Assembly (NCBI RefSeq): GCF_024521635.1
Contig: NW_026250425.1
Coordinates: forward strand, 434,001 to 498,000
DNA length: 64,000 nt
Source: Tricharina praecox
Taxonomy: Eukaryota
Direction of reading: 5' to 3'
The stretch's first letter is position 1; each line of letters begins with the position of its first letter. Below, piece after piece: positions 48,153 to 60,469 of the stretch. The notes under the pieces are model-generated. The model did no database searches and was not told the DNA's origin. It saw nothing but the letters and a program-made list of their open reading frames with translations. The position numbers were made by a program, and so were the translations under genes.

Positions 48153-49395
48153 TATGTGCGTCTGTTGAGGTTTATGGAAAAGGTGTATTATGTCGCGATA
48201 TGATTGTGGATGTTGATGCAGAGTGGTGGTGCTGTTGATGGTAAAGATGTTGCAAAGGAGTGAACGTGGGGTGGGAGATAAAGTCGGGGGAGGGAGGGAG
48301 GAAGTAGAATATTGTCGGACGGACAACACGATGGAATTAATAAGTCTGTATTACTGCTCTTGAAATGGGCAGGACGGATGACAGCAGACCTCGAGTGAGA
48401 CCAAGCTTTATATACCCACTCTCAGGCCTCGTTGCACGGCAGCCTGTTTAGAGTTGTCGCGCTGCGCAGTACATGCCTACACGGCATCCCTGGAAACCTG
48501 CACTCAGTCCCTCCGTTCGACTTGCCTGCTAGATACGTGGATGTCTCACAACCATACCACCGACACCTCCGGGCTCCCTGGATCTCAACTTGTTCTACAA
48601 ATCCGCTCCCGCTCCTGTCTGTGCTGTCGCACGCGGAAAGTGCCCGTGAACTCCAAATACTCCCGCCTCTCCTCCCACCTTCACCCCTCACCTCTCACCT
48701 CCCGCCTCCTCCCCCACCGCCGGATAGAGCCCGAAATTACAACACCCCAATCGCTCCCTGCCCGTTTCCGGGGAGGTGTAAATTCCAACGTGGAAACAGC
48801 ATTTCTTCTTCCCTTCCCTTCTTCGCAAGCTATTTTCGTCCGCCGTGCGTACATGCACTCTGCATGCATGCGGTAAGTATGGATCTCCGCCCGACACGAG
48901 CCCAACCACCAGCACCACCACCACCACCAGTGACCACCACCACCACCAACCGGTTTGAACCTTCGCTGAAAGCCGCCCCCGTTCGAGAGAGGAAAGACAG
49001 TCGAGTTCAGGTTCAGCCTTGCTCTGCTCTACGCGAGATAATTTTACATACATACTGATGTGTATGTAGGTAGGTACCAAAAGCAGTGGCATGGTGCGGC
49101 CGTCTTGCCGTTCGGTTCCGGTTGGCATGGCATCATTGGCATGGCATGGGCAACTCCGAGCTTCAGGCAGTCAGTCACTGAGCCCCGACGCCAAAGTACA
49201 TGGTATGTACCTACATATCTAGAGTATGTACCCTTGGCTTACGGGCTCGTGTGGAGTAGAGTGGCTCTGAGTGGGTACTTACACTATGTACGAATGCATG
49301 CATACCTTCGTAGGTATGTAAGGAGGAGAAGTCGGCTGAGGGCTCTACAAACGTGCGCAGGGAATACTACGAATATCTACATTCGTAAGGAGTAG

Positions 49396-49590
49396 TCGGC
49401 TCTACGTGCGCAGGCAGGCTTCTCTATGCATCACCAATCTCCCAGTCGGATAATACGCACGAATTTTTGGTCTTCATGGGGAACATATGGAGAACTCGGC
49501 TCTACGTGCGCAGGCTTCTCTACTCTATGCATCACCAATCTCCCAGAGCCCCAGTCGGATGATACAAATTTTCAGTCCTCATGGAGAAAA
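49396..49590 (+). repeat. Diverged ~95-100 bp tandem duplication (2 copies)
   Basis: TCGGCTCTACGTGCGCAGGC...CTATGCATCACCAATCTCCCAG...TCATGG at about 49396 and 49497. Confidence 0.85.
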
Positions 49591-52143
49591 GACCCGGAAT
49601 CAGGCAGCAGGATCACCTAAGTACCTAGGCAGGTACATGGAGTACATACCTACGCTCCGAATTCCCGTCAGGTTCGCCAGGCCAACAACTCACACACACA
49701 CCGGTGCCCACTACCCACTTGAAGAAGGATATCGGAGGTTTCTATATTGGGACATGATCTGCGCGACATCCGACGGGTACCTTACCTATAGAGTACTCTA
49801 GCTTTAGGTGAGGGTATATACCTATTCTGGGTATGTATAGGTACATAGGTGAGTAGATGAGTATCTCTTTAACCTATGTAGGCACTATAGTACTGCGCAC
49901 GTCTACATAGGGACATAGGCACATAGGTAGGTATCGATGTCTGACGCTGGGTGGGTGGGCAGTGTTGCATAGCCCAATGCTCTACACAGGTAGGTACCTA
50001 CGCTAAGTACCTACCTGCTACCTCTATGATGACAGGTGCGATGCATCACTCACGAAGCCTGAAGAATCCATACTGAGTGTAAAGAATCCATTTGCTGACT
50101 CCTAAGAGTGGGAGCCGAGACCAGATGTCGAACCTCGCTTCGGGCTGTCGCACCAACTATCACGCAGTGCGAGCGTGCGAGCGTCGTCAAAGTTTCCGGG
50201 GAAGGCGGATGTATCGATACTTGAGGTCGGTAGCTGGCCTCACTGCTCAGCCGTGAATGGCTGGCTGGAATGACTGCCAACTCTGTGTCTGTGCGCTCAG
50301 AAGCACAGCGTCAGCGCTGCAGAATCGGCTCCAATTTTGGATTCACGTTCACGATCTGGTTTTTTTTGATTCATGTTCACGATCTGTTTTGGCACGGGAA
50401 GTGAAGCTTGGGGAGTCGCGGTGCTGTAACGACCGTTGGCTTTGCTTCCTCCAGCATCTCCTCCACCTCCACCATCTCCTCCTTCACCACCAAACCCGGC
50501 GTCTCCACCGGAGCAGCCATTCCGGTCCGGCCCGTAAGACGGTAAGAGGAGAGGCCCGCTCCATCAAGCCGTAACTCGCCGTAACTCACTCTCGGAGTAC
50601 CTAATACATAGCGACCACAACCGGTACCGGTACCGGCGCGCAACCCGGAACAAACCTTGGGCCTTGGACACGGCTCGAATCTTCCGATACCCAGGTATCA
50701 GTTTACGCTCCCGAACTCTGACGGGACTGCAAGCCGCGCCGACACCGCGGGACGCCGGGAAACGATAACCGTGCCAGCTTGGTATCATACACAGGATAGT
50801 CTTTCGGACATTCTAGTGTTCCAGTGTTCCTGGGGAATCGGGACAGCAATACCGAGCGGATTTTCGGTACTATCAATCCAGCCCTTCCGAGACCTTCCCC
50901 ATGACCTTCCCCAAGACCTTTCCCAAGACCTCACCCGGAACCTCCACCTCCACCTCGCACTCAAAACCTCCCGACATGTCACATCTCTTGCTAAACGGGA
51001 GCGGAAGAGCAGCTAGCAATGCCGCATGGTCAAGACTCAAAACAAAGATCTATCCGCTTCCTTTCCTTCCTTTCCTTCCCAGCAAGCAAACATCCGATCC
51101 GGAGCCGAGCCTTGAATCTGTCGTTTCACGGTTTGATTTTGCGTTTGTTGAAATATTTGGATAGACAGGAAGAGATAATCCATTCGATACATACCTACAG
51201 CAAAAATACCAGCGGCAGCAAGGTCTCTCTTATATACAGACGAGTTCGGACTTGTAGGTTCACCTCCCCGACTCCTCCACAGCAGAACCTTATTGGAGCC
51301 GACGGCTCCGGGCGGCCAAAGTTTGACAGTGTTATTGCGGCCGTTGGGGCCGGACTTCGGGGGGTCGGGGTCTATTGTACGTAGGAGGTATGTAGCTCCA
51401 GCAGTCGCCCTCACAGCTGGAGGCGCAGAACGGTGGTCTCGAGATATACGGTGCTCTACGATACTCGGTCCTGCACACCTACACCAAACCGTCTAGCATC
51501 TTCACCTTCATCACGATACCTATTCTAGCCCTAGTGGAGCGGAGCAAGAGTTGACCACGGATGGATGGAAGGAAGAGCGAGCAACACGACATGACGACGA
51601 TGACAGTACATCACAACTCTCAAAACCCAAATCCCAATCATTCACAAGAAAAGCAACCATCAATATGCGTAAGACCTCCTCCTCCTCCTCCTCCTCCTGG
51701 ACATCGGACGACCCGACAAAGAAAAAACGCACACAAGAAACAAGAAAACACTTTCCCCCCCTCCATCCAGAGCAGAGGTTGAGCGTTTTTTTTCTTTTCT
51801 TTATGTAAGTTGAGTGTACTGTATCCGAAAATCCCCAATCCGATTCACATGATGTTCGTATCATTACAAAACACAAAAACACACAAAAAAAAGAATATCA
51901 CCCCAGAAGATGAAAAAAGAACGAGAAAAAAAAAGAAAAAAAAAGTTGAAGAAATACAGCGCCCTTAAGGGAGTAGTAGAAAAGGGAAAACTGTCAAAAA
52001 ACAACCGAAGAACCATGACAAACAGCAAAACAGCAAACATCGACGACACAAACAAACACAAACAAACAAACAAGTGCTCAAGTGTGTGTGAAATTTCCAA
52101 GTTCGGGCGTTAATGGCAGGTAGGTGGTTGTGGAGATAGCCAT

Positions 52144-53645
52144 CTAGATTCGGTGCTTTTCGCTCTCTGTTGTGGATATTAGCATGAAGTCTTCAAAACG
52201 GGGCGACGGAGGATTCTCTCAACGTACCGAGTCTAGAATACAGCATGTAGAGCGCCATCTGGTTGCACTCCTGCGTTCCCGTGATCGTGACCAACCGTTC
52301 ATTACTATTGTCCTGTGGTTCATTAATCTTGATAACACTTCCGGAGAGCTGGCGTATTTCGTTGATCTTTGCGCCTCCCTTGCCGATGATCGCGCCGACC
52401 ATGTCGTTAGGAATAAAGATTTGCTGAGTGAGGGGCTGGCCGGGAAGCATAGCCATCGGGTTCGCAGCTGCTCCAGCCTGGGGGGCGGGTCCACTGTGAG
52501 TCTGGCCGGGCTGGTGAGGTCCAGCGCCAGAGTAGCCGGCAGCGTCCTGGGGGTTGGGGTAGTGGATGGGGGCCTGGGGAGCCGGCGCCGGCGCCTGTCC
52601 GTGGAGGTAGGGGACACCGTAGGGGTTGGCCGGCGAACGCTGCGAAGAGTTCGTGTGGCGCTTGTAGGTCTCCGGGTGGCCGTAGTTTCCGTGGAGAGGC
52701 TGCGGCTGGTACGGAATGACCTGCATTCCCCCGGGAATAGGTCCAGCTGGTCCGCCGGTTCTAGTAGCGTACGCCGATGCGGCCGGTCCTCCATACCTCT
52801 CGGTGAGCTGTTCCACAAGGGTGTTCGCGATGTAGTAGGTGGCGATGTGAACGGCATCGGCGACACCGGTCACAACTAGGGAACGCTCAGTCGACAAGGG
52901 CAAAGTGGATCCGGACGCATTAAGTCTGGCACCGGAAGCTTCCTGAATCTCGCGAATGCGAGAACCAGCCTTGCCGATGATCGAGCCAATGAGGATATGG
53001 GGGACTAGCAATCTCAACGGATAAGTCTTGGACTGGGGAGAAGACGCCTGGTCGAGAGGCTCATTGTTGAGAGTGCGGATGATCAGGCCAAACGCCTATT
53101 AAACTTCGTTAGCGACAACCATCCCTGATCGAACAAGATGTCTCTTTCCGCAGATCCTTGATAATTACCTTAGCAACAGCATCGACAGCGCCACTGACGG
53201 TCAAGATGCGCTCCCCAGCACCGCGCTGGTAATCCGACACGGTGCACTTGGCCTCGGCCATCTTGCGAATCTGCGTGACATTCTCACCACCCTTTCCGAT
53301 CACTGTAGCAGCTTCAGCAGAAGTAATCAGCGCACGGATATGGATCCATTGACTCTCGTCAACCGGAGGGTGCTGGCTAGCCTGCTGGGGGGCATCGGGG
53401 ACGTGAGTGTCGATATCCTTGGTGTTGTCTGGAGTGGCGTCCGACGGTCCTTCGGTCTCGGTAGCGGGTTCCTCGTGGGCCGGCTCAGACTTGACCACAG
53501 CAGCAGGGGAAGGAGAAGGCGAGCTCTCCTCACGAACCGACTTGTCGAGGGCGGGCCTCTTGGAGTCGTGTTCATCCTTCACATTAGGGGACGAAGAATC
53601 CTCGAGCGGACGCTTAGTGGCTCCGGATGCGCTTGGGGAGGACAT
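52144..53645 (-). CDS. Triple KH-domain RNA-binding protein (Pbp2/Hek2/Rnc1-like)
   Basis: Three KH cores: VIGKGGENV, IIGKAGSRI, IIGKGGAKINEIR; C-terminus LYSRL|ESEKHRI*; introns about 53168-53096 and 52227-52168. Confidence 0.92.
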
Positions 53646-54579
53646 TATCTTTCTTTTTTCTTTTTTTCTCAACTGGTGGTTCTTCAAACTACGAGTTGAA
53701 AGTGTAGACGCGAATTGTTATTTGTCCAATTAATTATATTCGATCTTGTCCTGCTGTGTACACCTGAAAGAAAACGCTCGGTGGTGGTGGTGGATGGGTG
53801 CAGATGACGGGGGGAGCGTGGTATCGGTGCAGATGGTAGGTGGATGGTGGTAGGTGTAAAATGTGTGGTAGGTGTCAAGACAGGAAGATGCGGTCGGGGG
53901 GTCGGGAAAGGCGGGAGGAGCGGGCGGGAGAGTATTAAGATGACTTTTTTTCTTCGTGGCTTTTGGGTTGGGGACTCAGGAGGACCAGCAAGCCAACAAA
54001 TGTGTGTATGTGGCCGAGTGAGGGTAAGTTGACAGAGATCACTGTCTGTAACCCGGGGGAAAGGCTGGATTGGTGGTGATGGATTGGTTGGTGAAGGGGA
54101 TGGAGGAGGTTGGTGGAGTGGAGGAGGATCTTTGATCGATGGGGGTGATGAAGATGACTGTGAAGGGGGGAAACAGAAAGAGAGGTGTCGGAGGGATGGG
54201 GGGGGGTTGGAGGTTTGGAGTGTGGAGTGTTGTGGTCGGGGAGAAGGAGAAGAGAAGGGGGAAGGAAGGGAGAAGGAAGGGAGAAGGCTCTGAAGAGACG
54301 AGACAACGTCGCTAACTAAAACCCTCGCGGCAAGAGTCAAGTACACGCAAACTCGATGCGTGCGCGAGTGAACGTAGGCCGCCAGCAATGCCAAGACAAC
54401 AATGCAGAGGCGCTAGTGGTCCCTGGCCGGACTGGCTCACGTGACTGAGCGACTTCGTTAGAGGTGGGTGTTGTTAGAGCAAAGCCACGATCCTCGCGAC
54501 GAGAACACAACCATCACAACCACCATCACCGTCATACGACCAGCGATTCCGTACTGCATTCCACGGCACGAACAACACG

Positions 54580-56180
54580 ATGAACAACGCCCAGTTTCGG
54601 AAGCTGCTCGAGACCCCTCGATCGGAGCGACCTGCGAGCTCCAATTCCACCAACGGGCCGCCATCCGCGACGCCCGCTTTGGGCTCCAGAATGCGATCCT
54701 CGATACCCATGACGCCGTACGGTTCTTTGACACGATCATGCACCGTTCCACTCGCTGACCGTGTCGTTACAGGCGCTCTTTGACAGCCGGCAACAACGAC
54801 TTTGCGCGTCAACTCGCCGCACATCGGGCCGCACAGCAGCCGGCCAAGAAGTTCAGGTCGTCGGCGGCTCCGAAGGGCACCCAGTTCGGCGAAGGCTACA
54901 CGGACCGCGCAAAGATGCTGCGGGAAAGCGATGAGATCGAGGACGAGCGCGTGCAACGACTGGAAGCCCTAGCACAGCTGGCGAAGGACGGACATATCGA
55001 CCACGAAGAGTATGTGCGGCAGACGAAGCTGCTCGGTGGCGACGTCAGTAGCACACATCTGGTCAAGGGTCTCGACTTTGCGCTGCTGGAGCGAGTCAAG
55101 CGCGGCGAGAATGTCATGGACAAAGACACACCAACGCAAGAGGAGGCGGAAGAGGAGGAAGAAGACCTGGAGGAGAAACTGGATAAAGTTCTCGGACAAG
55201 AGGTGGCTACAATCGAGCGGAAGAAGGAGAAGAAGCAAGGACAGATGGCGCCGCCGCCGAAACCAAAGACACGTGCGGCAATCTTGGCGGAGTTGAAGAG
55301 GAGTCGGCAAGCCGCGAAAGAGGCAGCGCAACCGAGCTTAGGAGACAAGTTCAAGAAGATTGGAGAGCCGAAGGGAAAGGAGAGGATAGAACAAACGGAA
55401 GGCGGTGCCAAGGTGAAGCTTGTGGTTGGGGCAGACGGCAAAGTGAAGCGGAAAGTCAAGCGGAGCGACAAGGAGCGGAAACAAAAAGCAGAGTTGTCTC
55501 CTCCACCGGAACGCAGGGTGATGGGGATGATTCCGCCGCCACAAAAACAACAACCTGAAGAAGAAGAGGACGATGATATTTTTGCCGACGCTGGAGACTA
55601 TGACCCACTGGCCGGCCTCGGAGACGAAGACGAAGATACCGACACCGACGACAACACCGAGGCGTCGAAACGACACAAGAAAGAAGAGGCCACACACGAG
55701 GCACCACCGAGCGCACCGAAAGAAAACATGGCACCACCGAGCACACCGAAAGAAAGCATAGCACCACCGCCCCCATCGCAACCGACAATCAACTATTTCA
55801 ACGAATCCCCGGCAGAGACTGACTCGGACACATACAAACCACCCACATCCGCCAGCGACCTCCTCAACTCCAACCCCGAGCTTGCCGCAGCTCTCGCAAA
55901 AGCATCCAAACTGGCAGCGGTCCCCACAAAAGAGGAGAGCGAGAGGGAGAAGCGACGCAAAGCATTCGTCGATGCACACGAGCGTGATTCGTATGACATC
56001 GACATGGGCTTTGGCGGAAGCAGAAACTTTGCGGACGACGACGAAGAAGACGACGTCGTGGACAAGAAGGGTGGTGGCGTAAAGCGGAAACGTGGAGGCG
56101 GAAAGAAGAAGAAGGGCGATAAGAACAGTGCCGATGTTGTGGGCAAGATTGTCGAGGAGAAGTATGGAAAGGGGAAGTAG
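54580..56180 (+). CDS. RED/IK-like spliceosome-associated protein (RED N-terminal domain)
   Basis: MNNAQFRKLL, YTDRA, LGGDVSSTHLVKGLDFALLERV, DDDIFADAGDYDP; intron 54717-54772. Confidence 0.85.
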
Positions 56181-57473
56181 ATGGCTGCTCGCCGTGCTGT
56201 TGGTTTTCTTTTGGCGTTCACTGGTCCCGTAGCTGTGGGGTATGTAGAATAATCGTAAAAGCGATAGAGATGGAGTCTCTGCTCAATGCTCCTTTGCATT
56301 CTGTGGGAGCTGAACAACCTGCCATGAAGAAAAGCTTGGGCATCACCACGTTGGTATCACTAGCGTGCCGTTGATTTAGACGACTCATCATCGCTTCCAG
56401 AGAGCGGGGACAGCCTTAAACGTTGACTGCCGACCTCGTTTTGCGGGCGCACGGCACAGACGGGTGATTTTCTCCCGAACAAGCTGTCACTCGTCTTTTC
56501 GGGGCCAACATGAAGATTCTAGGGCTGCTGGCAAAGCTGAGGCACCACCGCCGTCGTCCACTCAATTGCACACGTCCTCCTCCTCCTCATCTCTTTGAGG
56601 CGGCAGCTGTAATTAGTACATACCATACCCAACACCCAGCTCCCGGCGATCGATCTTCCAGGTCAGCAGCCTACGTAGGTATGCACGCAGCCCTGCAATA
56701 CCCAGGTACTCTATGATATGTATGATAGATCCTGGAGCACCTACTGCCTTGAATTCTGCTCGCAAAACCGACAACGCAACGTGACTTCATCCTCAACCAC
56801 TACTCGTGGATCCAAGTACTCTTCACACTCTAGTCAGTCATCCGCAGCTCCCAGACAGCTCCAGGCACCACCACCACCATCACCATCCTCACCGTCGGTT
56901 GTACAAACCGCCGCCAATCCACCCACCCACCCACACACGAGTACAGGTGACAGGGATGGGGAAAAGCTGCGCCATATGATTGGATCATGCGTGCGAAACA
57001 GACGTCAGTCAGTTGTAAGTTGTATGTGACTAGGCCGGCGGTGGATGATTCGTCTGAAAGTTCGCGACCCATAACGTAGGGGAGATGAGTTGGCCGGCTT
57101 CATGGGTGAAACGCCGCGAATCACACTTGGAATACCAACCAACGATGCAACAGTGCAGCCTGCTACATACGAGTTTCATGCCTACGCAAAGGGTGGACAC
57201 TGGAAATTCCGGTCAGTGATGAGTCGGGCGTGCAAGGTGCTGGCTGGCTGGCTGGCGGACAGGCCGCAGTAGATCATCATCGCCCGCCACAGGCAATGAT
57301 ATGGGCTAAAATTCCAAACAACCAACCCCAGCTTCCCCGCCCGATCGTATCCCAGCTACCCAGCTACCCAGCTACCAGTTTACCTATATCATCCCATATC
57401 CCCCACCCATCCGTGCATTTCCACTCTCTGCACAAGTACATACACCAAAAACTCACCCACACACATCCGCACC

Positions 57474-58691
57474 ATGGCGTACACGCTCTCCAAGTCCGTA
57501 ACAGCATTCACCTTCCTGGACTGGCCGCCGTTGATCTCCGGTTTCCTACGGAAGCTTCACATCCTCCCCCCGCCCAAGCCGACGCCGCTACAGTCCAGCG
57601 ACGTCCTCTGGCTGTACGACAACATCGCGTATCCCTCCTCGTCCTCACCATCCGGCTGGACCGCCGAATTCATCGGTGCCTACTTCCTCGCCAACAGCGG
57701 CCGGGACGTGGCCGCGGTCGTCGCCGACATCTCCGAGAAGCTGGGGCTGGCGAAGGGGGATGCCGCCGAGGCGCGAATCGCAGAGCGCGTGCAGATGTTT
57801 TTGGACTTGGTCCTGGAGGCCAGGACCGTCGAGGTCGAGTTTGCGGGCCAGGGGAGGATACTACTCGGCCCCTCGGGCGCTGGGGGCGTCTCGGTCAATG
57901 ATATACCCCTGCCAGGTGGGCCGTATAGTGATGGCGAGGAGGTGGTCTCCACGGCTCTGCTGCCGCAGGGAATCGATGAGGCGAAGGTCCTGGGCGCTAT
58001 GAGGACGAGGTTCGCGGGGAAGGACGGGTGGGGCGTTGTTTCGGGTGAGTTGTTTCCTCCTCCCTCCTACCTTTGTTCCTCGCAGACTTGACTGACTCGT
58101 CCGGCAGACATCGACGACACGATCAAAGTGACCGAAGTGCGAGACCGGCTCAAGCTTCTGCGGCACACATTCGCGCTCGAGGCGGAAGCGGTTGCGGACA
58201 CACCTGAGCTGTACCAGCACCTTAACAGCGTCTTGCGCCCGGCATGGTTCTACCTGTCCGCGTCACCGTACAACCTATACCCAACGCTCACCCAATTCGT
58301 GCACTCTCACTACCCGCAAGGACAGCTCCTTCTGCGGGAGATGACGTTCCAAGAGCTCGAGAGCTTCGTGCTCTCGCTCACGGTGGGCACGCAGCAGTAC
58401 AAGGAGAAGGAGCTGGCGCGCCTGCTCAAACACCTTCCGGAGCGCAAGTGGGTGTTTATTGGCGACTCCACACAGAAGGACCCCGAGTCGTATGCCGCCA
58501 CGTATAGGAAAAGCCCCCACGCTGTGAAGCGCATCTGGATCCGCGTTGTCGAGGGCGTTAATTTGGCGGAGGAGAAGAAGTTGAACTCCGAGGATAGGTT
58601 CAGGAAGGCGTTTAAGGGCGTTCCGGCCGAGGTCTGGAGGACGTATAGGCATGCGAGGGAGCTGCAGGACTTGGTGGGCGAGATCGTGTAA
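57474..58691 (+). CDS. App1-family phosphatidate phosphatase (DUF2183-type)
   Basis: Splicing of intron 58045-58107 gives GWGVVSDIDDTIK; FYLSASPYNL; FIGDSTQKDPESY. Confidence 0.85.
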
Positions 58692-59210
58692 ACGTGGGAC
58701 CGTGGGATGGGATGGGAACTGTAGGAGTCTTTGGGTATAGCGGCGGGGGTCGGTATCGTTTCGTTATTGTTTTGTAGCCTTTTCGGTGGGGGTGGGGTTT
58801 TGTTTGGTTGGCTGGTTGGCTGGCTGGCTGGTTGGTTGTGCGGTTTGGCGCTTTGTATTGTGAGTTATAACTTATGTATGAGTGCTATAATGAAGATATG
58901 ATTGATGATCACTGTATACTTACCTGTTCAATAATCTACAGACTCCAGAGAGGCCACCAGTTGGTGTTCAAACTTCAGGCAGATGAAGGGAGGGGACTGG
59001 CCTAAAACCAGTACATACACACCTTGACAGGCTGATACGGAATATGCACGAGATTGATGAAGCCCATGACATGGCATGGTAGGTCACTCGCCCACCAGCC
59101 GTACGGAGAAACTTCTGGGAATCTAGGATCATGGAACAGAGCCGGAGTAGGACCAAGACACATGTCTTAGCACTCCCGTCTAACCTAAGCTCCAGCCGGT
59201 GGATATTCCA

Positions 59211-59405
59211 AGCTTGAGCTTGGAAAGGTTACCGCTCGTCGAGCCATTCAGCGTTTGAAGTTTCTAGTCTTCAACTGAATGGATATACCCAGGTATGTGT
59301 GTTGAAGCTAGCTTGAGCTTGGAAGAGTTGCCGCTCGTCGGGCTATTCTGCATTGCTAGTTTCCAGTCTTTATTTGAATGGACATCTAGGTGGTATGTAT
59401 GTTGA
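59211..59405 (+). repeat. Diverged ~99 bp tandem duplication (2 copies)
   Basis: AGCTTGAGCTTGGAA..TTRCCGCTCGTCG...TGAATGGA..GGTATGTRTGTTGA occurs twice. Confidence 0.85.
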
Positions 59406-60469
59406 CACTCGCAGGATGGCGTCTATCTACCTTGGTAGGTATCAGACGGCTGTACTTCACCCCCCTGCCCCAGAGTAAAGTCCAGACAAACAGACAGCGT
59501 GCCCCATCCTGTACATAGGCCGTCGATGCTACATCTCACACCACGCAAGCCACTAGGTACCCACTTTCGCACGTCCAAATTCACAACTGGCTCACCGCGA
59601 TTTCCGTCCCAGGTTCACACATCCACACATCCACACATCCATAACCAAGTAAGTGAGATGTAAGATGTAAGTACTTAAGTATCCAGAATCATCCACATGA
59701 AATTTCCATCCATCTACCGAGTACCCAACGCACCCAACCTTCCCCCCTCCTTCCGTCCCTCCTTCCGTCCTGCTGGTTACAAAGACAGAAAACGACTCAG
59801 CGGCGATACCACGATACCCATACAACCCATACAATCCATACAACCCATTGAATCCATACAATCCATACAATCCATCCATTCGTTCGGGGGAGGAGGTAAT
59901 ACAAAAGGCAAAGGCAAAGTAAAGGAAAGCAAAGGAAAGGCAAGAAAAGAAAACGAAAAAGAAAAACTCCTGATTACGCCCAAGTAAGAAAAAAAAACAC
60001 AATACACATCAAAAGCGAACAGACAGGCAAGCAAGTGGGCTGAGTCGGAGCCACGTGGGGAACGGAACAAGCAGAAAAGACGGAAGCCATACGAGTGTTG
60101 TTGGAAGGGAGCAGCAGCTGAATGTACAAGAGAAAGTGGAAAGAAAAGAAAAGAAAAGAAAACTACAACACCAGCCAGCGCAGAGAGCGAAAGTCGCAGA
60201 GAGAGCTACATAAATATAAAAAATAGTAGATAAAACAAAAAAGTATTAGGAAAGGGAAGATAGATAAAATAAGATAAAATCCGCATGAGATAACTGAACT
60301 GAAAAACAAGGAAGAAACCCGTTTGGCGCCGTGAGAGAGAAAAATTCAACACCCGTGAAGGAAAAGGAAAGAAATAAAAATAAAAAAAAGGTCCTAGCCC
60401 GGACAGTACGCCGTCCGAAAAGAAAACCCCCCTGATTTGCAAGGAACAAGCATTAAAGAAGATGTACCA

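Noticed and set aside
50050..51100. Possible pseudogene (several 70-120 aa ORFs)
   Set aside because: No recognisable motif or consistent exon structure by eye
59600..60460. A-rich low-complexity ORFs (also at 22.5-23.0, 25.7-26.2 and 51.6-52.1 kb)
   Set aside because: Best explained as U-rich 3' UTRs of the adjacent minus-strand genes
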